Positions 42,909 through 52,605 of a stretch of DNA of 64,000 nt are shown here, piece after piece. This stretch comes from an uncultured delta proteobacterium (GTDB taxonomy: Bacteria > Desulfobacterota > Binatia > Bin18). Below the pieces are notes generated by a model. That model was not told the DNA's origin. It ran no database searches and was given only the letters and a program-made list of their open reading frames with translations. A program made the translations under genes and the position numbers. Within the stretch, counting starts at the first letter, position 1, and every line of letters begins with the position of its first letter. The DNA lies in contig CAVTCR010000056.1 of NCBI GenBank assembly GCA_963733195.1, positions 96,001 to 160,000 on the forward strand, read 5' to 3'.

Positions 42909-43961
42909 TTAGACTTTCGGCACGAGCTTCACTAACGCCTCCACAATACGCTCCGGAGACAGCACATGCACAGCAGCTCCGAGGTGAATGGCCTCGCCCG
43001 GCATGCCATGGACAGCAGAGCTTTCTTTATCTTGGGCGATCGTGATTGCTCCTTTTTCACGGAGAACTTTGAGTTCTGCCGCTCCATCTTTTCCCATACC
43101 TGTCAATAACACTCCAATGGCTTGATTACCAAGAGTCTCGGCGACTGAACGAAATAGATGCGAAACGGCAGGTCGCAGGTTATTTTCCGGAGGAGTTTGG
43201 CTAAGTATGGCACAAGGCCCACGCTCGATGCCAAGATGAAAACCGTCCGGAGCCAAGTACGCATGGCCGGGCAACAGGAGATCTCCGTGGGCAGGAATAC
43301 GAACTGGGAAATGGGTGACTTGGCTTAACCACTCGACCAGACCCGGTAAGAATCCGACGGCAATGTGTTGGACAATGAGAACGGGCACAGAGAAGTGTTT
43401 CGGGAGACTGGAAAGCAAGATCTGGAGAACCGGTGGTCCACCCGTGGAAGCTCCGATGGCGACCACTTTTATTGCCGTTGTGGGGTGGGACATTTCTGGC
43501 AGCGGCGGAACGACGAGCTGAGCAGGCTGTTCGATCTGTCGTCGCGGCCAACGTCGTACCACTTTGACTTCCGACATGAGCTTGATGGTTTGCACGAGCT
43601 GCTGGGCAGTTGATGCAAAATCCTTATGCCCAAGTCCGCGGGGTTTCTCAACGCCGGCTAGCGCTCCGGCCTCCATTGCACGAAACGTAGTCGCAACTTC
43701 CTGCGGATCCCAATTGGCACTGACAATCACAATTGGTACCGGCGTGGTTTCCATAATTCGACGTGTCGCGTCGAGCCCATTCATCTGCGGCATATTGAGA
43801 TCCATAGTGATCACATCTGGACGTTGCCGCGTCACGAACTCGACGGCCTCTGCGCCATTATTGGCTGTCCCAATGACACTGACCTCAGGATCGGTGCTCA
43901 GAATATGCCCAATGAGTGCTTGTTGGACCGGAGAATCTTCGACAATGAGGACTTTGACCAT
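42909..43961 (-). CDS. cheB: Chemotaxis methylesterase with receiver domain
   Basis: REC domain plus GASTGGP, VQHI, LTGMGKDG, HGMP. Confidence 0.95.
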   Translation of the reverse strand: MVKVLIVEDSPVQQALIGHILSTDPEVSVIGTANNGAEAVEFVTRQRPDVITMDLNMPQMNGLDATRRIMETTPVPIVIVSANWDPQEVATTFRAMEAGALAGVEKPRGLGHKDFASTAQQLVQTIKLMSEVKVVRRWPRRQIEQPAQLVVPPLPEMSHPTTAIKVVAIGASTGGPPVLQILLSSLPKHFSVPVLIVQHIAVGFLPGLVEWLSQVTHFPVRIPAHGDLLLPGHAYLAPDGFHLGIERGPCAILSQTPPENNLRPAVSHLFRSVAETLGNQAIGVLLTGMGKDGAAELKVLREKGAITIAQDKESSAVHGMPGEAIHLGAAVHVLSPERIVEALVKLVPKV

Positions 43962-43983
43962 AGTGACGGTTCCTTCTTCTTTT

Positions 43984-46900
43984 TTAGATCAGTCGCTGGA
44001 TGACATCCAGCAGGTTGCTTTGATCGAAGCTGGTTTTCACGATGTAGGCATCCGCACCCACGGTGATGCCACGCTCGCGGTCTTCGCGCGAATCGAGGCC
44101 GGTGACCAAGACGACAGGGATCTGTGCTACCTGCTCGGTCTCGCGAATCTTTGCGGTGAGTTCGAATCCATTCATCCGAGGCATTTCGACGTCTGACACC
44201 ACGAGATCAAAATCCGTCTTTTTCAGGAGGGAAAAGGCGTCAGCGCCATCGACGGACGTGGTGACTTGATACCCCGCTGACTCAAGAATGCCTTTGAGCA
44301 GCATACGTGAGGTGACGGAATCTTCGGCAACGAGGACGGACTTTTTGAGCACCTCGTTGTCGTCGTCGGCTGTGAGCATAAGCGTATGCCTCCCTCCTGT
44401 TTCACTTGCAGACTTCAGCAGGTCCGGAACATGGAGAATAGGAACAACCTTTCCTGAACCCAAGACGGTTGCTCCTGCTACATTTGGCACCTGAGATAGA
44501 AACGTCCCAAGACCTTTAAATAGCACTTCTTGTTCGTTTTCTACTTCATCAACGCAACACGCGATCCGCTTCTCTGCTGAACCAAGAATGAGCGCAAGCT
44601 GGCCGTCCTCGTCTGCATGTTGAGATCTTTTGCGCGGGAGTTGTAAGAGCATGTCAAGATTGACGAAGGCGATTGGGCGTCCGTCGAGAAAAATAGTTTC
44701 TTTGCCTTCGATTGTTTTGATGTCCCCTCGCTTGATCCGTGCCACACGTTCGATACTGGTTGTGGGGATGACAAAGGTATGGCCAGCGGCTTCTACGAAT
44801 ACGCCTCGAAACGTTGCGAGGGTAAGGGGAACGACAATCCGGAACGACGTGCCTTCACGGAGATGCGTCTCAACCGAGATCTGTCCGCCTAGTTTCTCAA
44901 TCTTCTCTCGAACAATGGCCATGCCAAGCCCACGGCCGGAGATGTCCGTGACAATTGGACTGGTGGAAATCTCGGACTGGAAGATCAGGGCAAGCGCGGC
45001 TTGCTCATCAAGTGCTTCTGCAGCCTGTGCAGAAAGGTACCCCTTCTTTACAGCCGCCTGTGCCACTTTTTCATGATCGATTCCTCCGCCGTCATCGGAG
45101 ATGACAATCTCGACTGAACTGCCACTAGTCTGCGAAACGGTAATGACGATGGTCCCACGTGGTGGCTTTTCGTAGTGCGTGCGCACCTCCGGGGTTTCAA
45201 TCCCGTGGTCAAGACTGTTACGAAGCAGATGGACCAGCGGCGTTTTCAGTTCTTCGAGAATGCGTTTGTCGATTTCTACCTCACTCCCTCGGGTGAGTAA
45301 TTCGACTTCTTTGCCGAGACTGCGCGACAAATCTCGGACCATCTTCGGAAAAATTTCAAGGAGTGAGGAGAAGGGCATCATGAGGACACGTTTGGTATTT
45401 TCCAGCAAATTATCAACTAGTGCTCCGACTGTTTGCTGGTCGTGTTCCGCAGCTTTTACTAATCCCTTCAGTCGATTCTCGATAGCAATGAACTGCTGCT
45501 CATTCCAGTAGATGAAGTCGACCAAAAGTGGCCCTGTTTGTGTGTACGAGTCATTGTGTTGTGCCCAATCGTCCGTAGCCTCAAATAACCGTTGCATTTT
45601 GCGGACTTCGGATGAGATTTTTGACCATTCCTTGCGCCATTCTCCCAACAGTCCCATCATGTCTTTGAGGTCCGAGGCGTGTTGGTTGAGCGAAAGTTTC
45701 GCAGATAACATCTCTTCCGCTTGTAGGAAGAGCGAATCGAGCTTGGCGGTTGTCACTCGAATGGTGTCTTCTCCAACCGGTTTCGCTGGCACATTTAGTT
45801 GATCGCTATGACCACTGCTTTGCCCAAGTGTAACCGTCTTTTCCCTAGTGCGGTCAGCACGCGAGTGCTCTATTGGTACCGCGGGAGCGGATGACACAGG
45901 AGAAAGGGTCGGTGAGAGGTCTGCCCCAAGTGGTTGAGAGGGTGCGACAAGAGGAGGCTTTTGTGTTGGTGCCGCCGGATTGGCTGGTGCTGGGTGTTGG
46001 TCCACCCCTATGGCTCCATCGGTTTCCAATCGAATTAATCGTTGAACCGCTTCCGCGATTTGCGTTGCATGTGGCTCGTTAGGTTCACTTAACAGCACCT
46101 CGACGGTATCAAGGCTTTGGTGAATAGCATCGAATCCTTCGAGGGAAAGCTGAAGCTCGCCACGCTTGAACCGTGCAAAGACGCCTTCCAGTGCTTGGCA
46201 TACGGCTTCCACATCCGTCAGGTCGACAGCACGAGACGCACCTTTGAGACTGTGCGCCTCACGGAAGATTGTTTCTAACAGAGGCTGTTGCTCGTCAGGT
46301 CCGTTCGCCTTCTCCAATGCCACTACCCCGGCGACCATAGCTTTGAGGTGCTCATCGGCTTCCAGACGGAAGGTCGCAATCAGTTTCTCGAGGAAATCAC
46401 TAGTAGAACCTGCTCCTACAAGTTGTGAGACACTAGGCAGTGGTGCTTGCAGAAAGTTACCTTTGGACGAGGTTGCATCGATGGGTGAGGGGGCTGCGGA
46501 AAGAAGGGTGTAGGGTTCCTCGCCCATCGAACTTGTGGGTGAGGTTGCATGTGGAGGGGACGAGGGAGAGAGGCTGTGTTCTGCAGGAAGAGAAATGGTT
46601 AATGAGGTCTGAAGCGCAGTCTCCTCTGATACTGAAGAGGTGGTTTCAATCTTCGCCGATGGAGCTGTTCTTTGGTGGCTCTCAGTTTCTAATTGGGAAA
46701 GCCTTTGTACCGTCTCTGCGACCTGTGTCGCGTGAGGTCCATTGGGTTCTGCTAATAGTGCGTCCACTGTGTCTAACGCATGATGGACGATATCGAAGTC
46801 TGCTGGTATCAGTACCAGCTCCTGGCGCTTCATCTTTGCAAAGACCCCTTCCAATGCCTGGCATACCGCTTCGACTTCTGTGAGATCGACCGCCCGTGCC

Positions 46901-47079
46901 GCACCCTTGAGACTATGAGCTTCGCGGAAAATGGTTTCTACGATCGGTGTCTGTTCGTCCGGAGTCGTGGCTGTCTCCAGGGCAAGCAACCCACTGATCA
47001 TAGCTTTGAGGTGCTCGTCGGCTTCTAAACGAAAGGTGGCAATTAACTGGCTCAGAAAATTACTGTTCGCGCTGCTCAT
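43984..47079 (-). CDS. cheA: Hybrid CheA (2x Hpt, HATPase, CheW, REC)
   Basis: FREAHSLKG twice, HLLRNSLDHGIE, SGRGLGM, C-terminal receiver domain. Confidence 0.95.
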   Translation of the reverse strand: MSSANSNFLSQLIATFRLEADEHLKAMISGLLALETATTPDEQTPIVETIFREAHSLKGAARAVDLTEVEAVCQALEGVFAKMKRQELVLIPADFDIVHHALDTVDALLAEPNGPHATQVAETVQRLSQLETESHQRTAPSAKIETTSSVSEETALQTSLTISLPAEHSLSPSSPPHATSPTSSMGEEPYTLLSAAPSPIDATSSKGNFLQAPLPSVSQLVGAGSTSDFLEKLIATFRLEADEHLKAMVAGVVALEKANGPDEQQPLLETIFREAHSLKGASRAVDLTDVEAVCQALEGVFARFKRGELQLSLEGFDAIHQSLDTVEVLLSEPNEPHATQIAEAVQRLIRLETDGAIGVDQHPAPANPAAPTQKPPLVAPSQPLGADLSPTLSPVSSAPAVPIEHSRADRTREKTVTLGQSSGHSDQLNVPAKPVGEDTIRVTTAKLDSLFLQAEEMLSAKLSLNQHASDLKDMMGLLGEWRKEWSKISSEVRKMQRLFEATDDWAQHNDSYTQTGPLLVDFIYWNEQQFIAIENRLKGLVKAAEHDQQTVGALVDNLLENTKRVLMMPFSSLLEIFPKMVRDLSRSLGKEVELLTRGSEVEIDKRILEELKTPLVHLLRNSLDHGIETPEVRTHYEKPPRGTIVITVSQTSGSSVEIVISDDGGGIDHEKVAQAAVKKGYLSAQAAEALDEQAALALIFQSEISTSPIVTDISGRGLGMAIVREKIEKLGGQISVETHLREGTSFRIVVPLTLATFRGVFVEAAGHTFVIPTTSIERVARIKRGDIKTIEGKETIFLDGRPIAFVNLDMLLQLPRKRSQHADEDGQLALILGSAEKRIACCVDEVENEQEVLFKGLGTFLSQVPNVAGATVLGSGKVVPILHVPDLLKSASETGGRHTLMLTADDDNEVLKKSVLVAEDSVTSRMLLKGILESAGYQVTTSVDGADAFSLLKKTDFDLVVSDVEMPRMNGFELTAKIRETEQVAQIPVVLVTGLDSREDRERGITVGADAYIVKTSFDQSNLLDVIQRLI

Positions 47080-47263
47080 CGTTCCCTCGCACGTGCATTG
47101 GATCTCGACTTCCTATCCTCGGTGGCTCCAGCGTGCCTTGCGACTCCCGAGTGAATACACTCGTGCATGCTGTTTGAGAAGCAAGATCGTGCCTTGTCTG
47201 CTAGGACAATGATGATGCTCACGAGGATTGTGGTACCCCCTGTGGACTGGACCTCAGAGTGTA

Positions 47264-47290
47264 ATATCGAGAGAAAGAGGGGAATCTTTA
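47264..47290 (-). promoter_or_regulatory. sigma28-type promoter upstream of cheA
   Basis: TAAA-N15-CTCGATAT. Confidence 0.6.
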
Positions 47291-47336
47291 GAGAAAACGG
47301 GGTACATCATAACGAGAGTATCTTAGTCCTCCGGAG

Positions 47337-47984
47337 TCACTCCTCGTGGTTGCCAAGTCGTATACTAGTCAGCAGTTTAGTTGCATCTAAAACTACCACT
47401 CCCTCGTTCGTGATCCCTTGAAGATAGCGAGCGCGTGAATTGGCTAGAGTTGAGAGTGGCGGATGGATTGTTGCTAGAGGAAGACTGCGGATACCTATGC
47501 CCAGATCCGTGACAATCCCGACCTCGAGCTCCCCAGCTTTCATCAGGATCACCGTGCTTTGCTCAGATATCTGCCGTCTGGCTAAGCCGAGCACAGAGGC
47601 GAGATCAACGACCGGAAGGATACGACCGCGGACATTGATAACGCCAAGAACAAAAGCAGGAGTACATGGGAGCGGTGTGAGCCCCTTGAGTGGATATACC
47701 TCGCGGATAGCGATCGAGGGAAGGGCATAGGTTTCCTCCCCAAGATGGAACTCGGCAACTTCGAGTTGGAGCCCCGTGGCCTCCGTCTCTTCTCGTGGAC
47801 GTGCGAGGGTTTGGGCACGTGCTTTCAACAGTGAGAGTTTCTCTTCTGTAGTTAACCCAGTTCTTTGCTGCGTTGCCTTTTGCATCTGTGCCATTTTCTG
47901 CTGGACCGCCTGCCAATCGATCGGAGTACCAGAGGAAATCCCAGTGGTCTGCAGAGAACTCTTCGTCAGGTTCGGATTCATCAT
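47337..47984 (-). CDS. cheW: CheW adaptor with N-terminal extension
   Basis: TPLPCTPAFVLGVINVRGRILPVVDL. Confidence 0.9.
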   Translation of the reverse strand: MMNPNLTKSSLQTTGISSGTPIDWQAVQQKMAQMQKATQQRTGLTTEEKLSLLKARAQTLARPREETEATGLQLEVAEFHLGEETYALPSIAIREVYPLKGLTPLPCTPAFVLGVINVRGRILPVVDLASVLGLARRQISEQSTVILMKAGELEVGIVTDLGIGIRSLPLATIHPPLSTLANSRARYLQGITNEGVVVLDATKLLTSIRLGNHEE

Positions 47985-47998
47985 TACACTCCTTAGTA

Positions 47999-49576
47999 TT
48001 ATCGCGGAAGCATCGTGCGGATGAGATCGGATAATCTCCCGGCTGTCAGACCTTCGGATTCTGGAATAATCCTCGCATGCTCGTACCGATGAAGTAGCGC
48101 GAGTGCATTCTGGAAATGTCGACGGGCGTTCTTAATTTTCTTTTGTCGGAGAGAGAGGTTCCCCAGGGTGAAATGCGCGAGTATAAACTCGCTATCGAGG
48201 TATAATGTTTGTCTGAGAGCCTGGGTTGCTTCTTCTTCCCGGCCTTGCTCGAGGAGGACGGTAGCTAAGAGGTAATAGAATCGCGGATTCAATACATCTG
48301 TGGCGATCGCTCTGTGGCACCAGGCAATGGCTTCGTCAAGTGCACCTTGGTTCGTACAGGTGCGAATCAGCAGGAGCGTTTCCTCTTGATTAAGAGGAGA
48401 CGGCTCTTGCTCCTGGGACAACAACACGTCGCGTAATTTCTCGCTCGCCTCAGTATAGTGACCTTGTCTGTATAGAGTTTGTGCTTCTGCGTAGGCTGCT
48501 GACGCCTGATTCGACACTGGAAACAGTTTGCCCTCGAGTGTCGGAGTAGAATTCGGGAGTATTGCCACAAGCTGTTCGTTTTCCTTGATCTGTGTGGAGA
48601 ACAATGGCTCAGCCAGGGCTTTCAGATCAGACAGGTGTTGAGCGTGCGGACGGCTGGAGGTCCCTGCCAGTGACGGTAGGGCAAGTGGCTTCTCTCCGAA
48701 CGCTGACTGATGGGGATGTACACCTTTGCGATGGACAATGATGCCCGGCAAGGGGATGGCCGTAAAAGGGGACTGTGAGAGATACGGTGTCTCACTTGGA
48801 CTGACGATTAACCATCCACCCTCAGCGAGTGTATAGTGGAAATTACGAATCACCGTTTGTGCTCGTTCTGATGAGAAATAAATGAAGACGTTGCGACAGA
48901 AGATGACGTCAACCGTAGCCGTGGTGTTCAGCGGGGGAGGAAAGACTTCGTCTGCGAGATTGAGCGGGAAAAAAGTCACCATTTGTTTGATCTCTGGGCA
49001 GATCACGAACCGACTGTCAGTCGTACGTTGAAAGTAGCGGGTCTTGATCCATTCTGGGGTGTTACGGAAGGACCAGTCGGTATACACACCGCTTGTGGCA
49101 CGCTGTAAAAACCGAGGGTTAATATCCGTTCCGATGATTGAGACACGCCAGTCGGAAAGCTGTGGACTCATCGTGGCAAGCGTGATGGCGATGGAATACG
49201 GCTCCTCGCCGGTACAACAGGCGGCGCTCCAAATACGGATGTGTCGTTCCCCGGATTGTCTATCCTGTATGAGTGCTGGAAGGATCTGTGTCGTCAGCAC
49301 TTCGAGTCCTCGATGTTCACGAAAGAAGTAAGTCTCACCTACAGTGAAATGGTCAGCGAGTACGGCGATTTGTTGCTGCGTGAGCGGAGCGGAATGTAAC
49401 CAGTCAATACAGGCCTGGACATCGGAAAAGCCAAGATCGCGGGCGGCTGCACGAATCCCACGTTCGAGATCGTGCCAGCGGTCAGACGGGAAATGCCATC
49501 CCATTCGCGTGGCAATGAGACTACTGAATTGTGCAAGGACAAAATCTGGAAGCGAAGTGACGGGCATACCCCCCAC
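47999..49576 (-). CDS. cheR: CheR methyltransferase with C-terminal TPRs (WspC-like)
   Basis: VGETYFFRE, WSAACCTGEEPYS, IFCRNVFIYF, TPR helices. Confidence 0.93.
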   Translation of the reverse strand: MGGMPVTSLPDFVLAQFSSLIATRMGWHFPSDRWHDLERGIRAAARDLGFSDVQACIDWLHSAPLTQQQIAVLADHFTVGETYFFREHRGLEVLTTQILPALIQDRQSGERHIRIWSAACCTGEEPYSIAITLATMSPQLSDWRVSIIGTDINPRFLQRATSGVYTDWSFRNTPEWIKTRYFQRTTDSRFVICPEIKQMVTFFPLNLADEVFPPPLNTTATVDVIFCRNVFIYFSSERAQTVIRNFHYTLAEGGWLIVSPSETPYLSQSPFTAIPLPGIIVHRKGVHPHQSAFGEKPLALPSLAGTSSRPHAQHLSDLKALAEPLFSTQIKENEQLVAILPNSTPTLEGKLFPVSNQASAAYAEAQTLYRQGHYTEASEKLRDVLLSQEQEPSPLNQEETLLLIRTCTNQGALDEAIAWCHRAIATDVLNPRFYYLLATVLLEQGREEEATQALRQTLYLDSEFILAHFTLGNLSLRQKKIKNARRHFQNALALLHRYEHARIIPESEGLTAGRLSDLIRTMLPR

Positions 49577-49578
49577 TT

Positions 49579-50037
49579 TCAGGCGGCTTGTAGGGCCTTG
49601 TCCAAAGTACGCTCTTCGTCGAACGACAAGCAGGCCTCGAGGTCATGAATGAGGATGACACCATCCTCTTGCTTTACTGCACCAGTCACGTGTTCTATGG
49701 AAGGCAGGATATCGGCTCGATGGACGATAGCCTGTTTAGAAATATCGATAACGCCGATGACCCTATCGACGGTCAGTGCGACCGTCCGCCGCGGCGTGTG
49801 GGCGATGATAAACTGATCTGCCGGGTCAAGGGTACGCTCGGGTAGCTGAAAACGCCGTCGCAGATTGATCACTGGTATCACTTGTCCTTGAACGTTAATG
49901 ATCCCTATGACAATGCCTGGAGCCTTGGGGAGTGGGGTGACATAGGCAGCAGGGACGACTCGCTCAACGTTCGGTAACGGTAAGGTGTACTGCTGATCAT
50001 CAAGGGTGAAGATCACATGTTGGTCAAACAGGCCCAT
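49579..50037 (-). CDS. cheW: CheW adaptor
   Basis: TPLPKAPGIVIGIINVQGQVIPVINLR. Confidence 0.9.
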   Translation of the reverse strand: MGLFDQHVIFTLDDQQYTLPLPNVERVVPAAYVTPLPKAPGIVIGIINVQGQVIPVINLRRRFQLPERTLDPADQFIIAHTPRRTVALTVDRVIGVIDISKQAIVHRADILPSIEHVTGAVKQEDGVILIHDLEACLSFDEERTLDKALQAA

Positions 50038-50228
50038 AACTCCTATACCTCCAATATGTGGATGCGCGGAGGGTCGTGCGGGTGCCGTCGGTGTCTGACT
50101 CGCCTCACAGAATAATGATAGAATATCACTTTAAGTGAATATTAACCAACAAATATCTTCTACCTTGTCATCATCTCGCGGCAGAAAGAGGCAGAGTGAC
50201 CTACGCAACTGCCGACACTTGCTGCAGT

Positions 50229-50255
50229 ATATCGGTAGCTTTCCCTGTGTCCTTA
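50229..50255 (-). promoter_or_regulatory. sigma28-type promoter upstream of cheW-cheR-cheW
   Basis: TAAG-N15-ACCGATAT. Confidence 0.6.
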
Positions 50256-50294
50256 ATCGACCTGTAGGTCGCACCTGCAGTGACCAGTACGTAT

Positions 50295-52554
50295 CTACGC
50301 TGCGGATTTCTCGTATTCTTTGGAACGGAGTCCTAACTCTTCAAACATCCAGCGTGGCCGTGAATCAAACTCATCACGTCGCACATTGGCAAGCGCCTCT
50401 TCCACCGACGTGATTCCTTGACGGGCCTTCTCCATGGCATCCCAGTAGAGAGTTGTCATATCGGTGTTCTCGATAGCCATGCGTTTGAGGGCTTCCGAGG
50501 TGATGCCATGCTGGTTAATTGCCTTACGCATAGCATCATCCGGGACGAGAAGTTCATGAATACCGACTCGTCCCTTATAGCCTGTCCCATTACATGCCGG
50601 ACAGCCTTTGGAGCGATGGAGGGTGACCTCGGTGTCATGGTCGACGCCAATGAGGTGTCTCTCATCGCTGTTTGGCTGGTACTCTTCTTTGCACTCTTTG
50701 CACAGCCGACGCAGCAAACGTTGAGCACAGATGAGCACGAGCGACGAACTCACCATGAACGGTTCGATGCCCATTTCAATGAATCGGGTGACAGTTGAGG
50801 GGGCATCGTTGGTGTGTAAAGTAGATAGGAGTAAGTGTCCAGTCAGAGCTGCTTCAATCGCGATATCCGCGGTTTCTTTATCGCGAATTTCACCGACGAG
50901 GATGATATCGGGGTCTTGGCGTAGATAGCTACGCAGCGCACGTTGAAAGGTCAGCCCGATTTCTCGATGAATCTGCATTTGATTAATGCCCGCGAGTGTA
51001 TACTCGATGGGATCTTCGCAGGTCTGAATGTTGACTTCCGGAGTCTGGACTTCGTTCAATGCCGCATACAGAGTCATCGATTTTCCAGAACCTGTCGGAC
51101 CCACATGCAGGATCATACCATAGGGGGTTTCAATCTTATCGCGATACAGCGCCAGATTGCGGGAAGAGAAGCCGAGATTGGCCAACGGCATGACCGCTTT
51201 CTGTTTATCGAGAATACGCATGACGACTTTTTCACCGTAGTTCATCGGCGCGGTCGCAACGCGCAAGTCGAAATCAAATCCACGAGAGGTATACTTCTTA
51301 AAAATGATACGCCCGTCTTGCGGTAAACGACGCTCGGAGATGTCGAGGTCACTCATGATTTTGAGTCGAGCCACGAGCGGACGGATGAGGGTCCGAGGCG
51401 TGAAGCGGTTAACGATTCGCATCACACCGTCCACACGATAACGAACTAGAATCTCATTCTCCCAAGGTTCGATATGTATGTCCGAGGCGCCCATCGTATA
51501 GGCGTTTTCGATCAGCTGGTTGACGAGAACAATCAAAGGTTCAGATTCTTCGGTCGAGCCGTCCAGGACAGTCGCTGAAGTATCTTCTGCAGGTTGGTAG
51601 CGTTCGCGCAATTTCTTCTCAATATCCGAAATTGCAACCTGCGCGGTTGGAGCCTGCTGAGTAGCCGAGACCCCGCCCTTAAAGAAGGCAAGAATATTCT
51701 TGGGTTCGGTGATGCTCAGCTGCAAAGGGTGGGAGGACGTTTCGTACTTCTTGAGTAAGCGTAGTAACTCCCAGTTAAACGGATTCGAGAGGACAAACGT
51801 CCGTTTCTGTTCATCGGTGAGCGGCAAGACTAGATTCGTCTTACAAAATGGAGGCGGTAAGACGCCTAACGCCACTTTCTCAGCGCCGACAGTTGGGAGG
51901 TAGGGATAGTTGCAGAAACTCCGCTACCCATTTGGCAATCTGTTCGTCCCCGATTCCAAGATCTGAAGAGAGAGGATACAAATCTTTCGGGTTCAATCCC
52001 AGGACGCGCTCTTGTTTCCCTGGTGGTATCGCTGATTGCTTGGCGAGAAAAAGCCGAAATTGGGGAAAATCAGAGCGGAGAAGCCCGGCACTACGATGCG
52101 CGACTTCTGCGTTAGGGGAGGGATCTGTAGGCTTGGTCGTATTTTCGTCTTGGTCTAATTCCTTCCAGCGAGCGTGGGTTTCCAGATGAGAAGCCACCTT
52201 TCTGAGGAGCGTCTCTTTCTGAATTGGTTTAGTAATGTAATCGGCTGCTCCAAGAGCGAAGGCTTTTGCCTTATCTTCCTTTTGTTCAAGCGAGGTAACA
52301 AAAATAACCGGAATGCTGTTGAAATCTTGGTTCTGCCGCAGCCGGGCACATACTTCGTAGCCATCGAGGCCAGGCATCATGGCATCTAACAGGATGAGAT
52401 CTGGTTTGACACTTTGCAGGGTCTGGAGCGCGCGATTACCACTATCGGCTGTGAGGACCATATAGCCATTTGTGAGTAACGAACGTTCAATAGCGCGAAG
52501 GGTCACACGATCGTCGTCAACACAGAGGATGCGTGGCTTTGCTTGGGACTCCAT
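50295..52554 (-). CDS. Receiver-domain-fused PilB/GspE-type assembly ATPase (apparent one-base insertion near 51903)
   Basis: N-terminal REC; ASDIHIEP, RLPQDGR, GPTGSGKS, ILVGEIRD, STLHTN, CKEC/CPAC. Removing one base joins the two ORFs as LSYLPTVGAEKVALGVLP. Confidence 0.85.
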
Positions 52555-52605
52555 GAATTCTCTCCGTCCGGTAGCGATAATGGTCAGGTGAGCCGAGGAA
52601 TCGGT

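Noticed and set aside
50103-50135. Fur-like palindrome TGATAGAATATCA upstream of cheW
   Set aside because: Spacing does not fit the 7-1-7 Fur box; it may be another operator but is unsupported.
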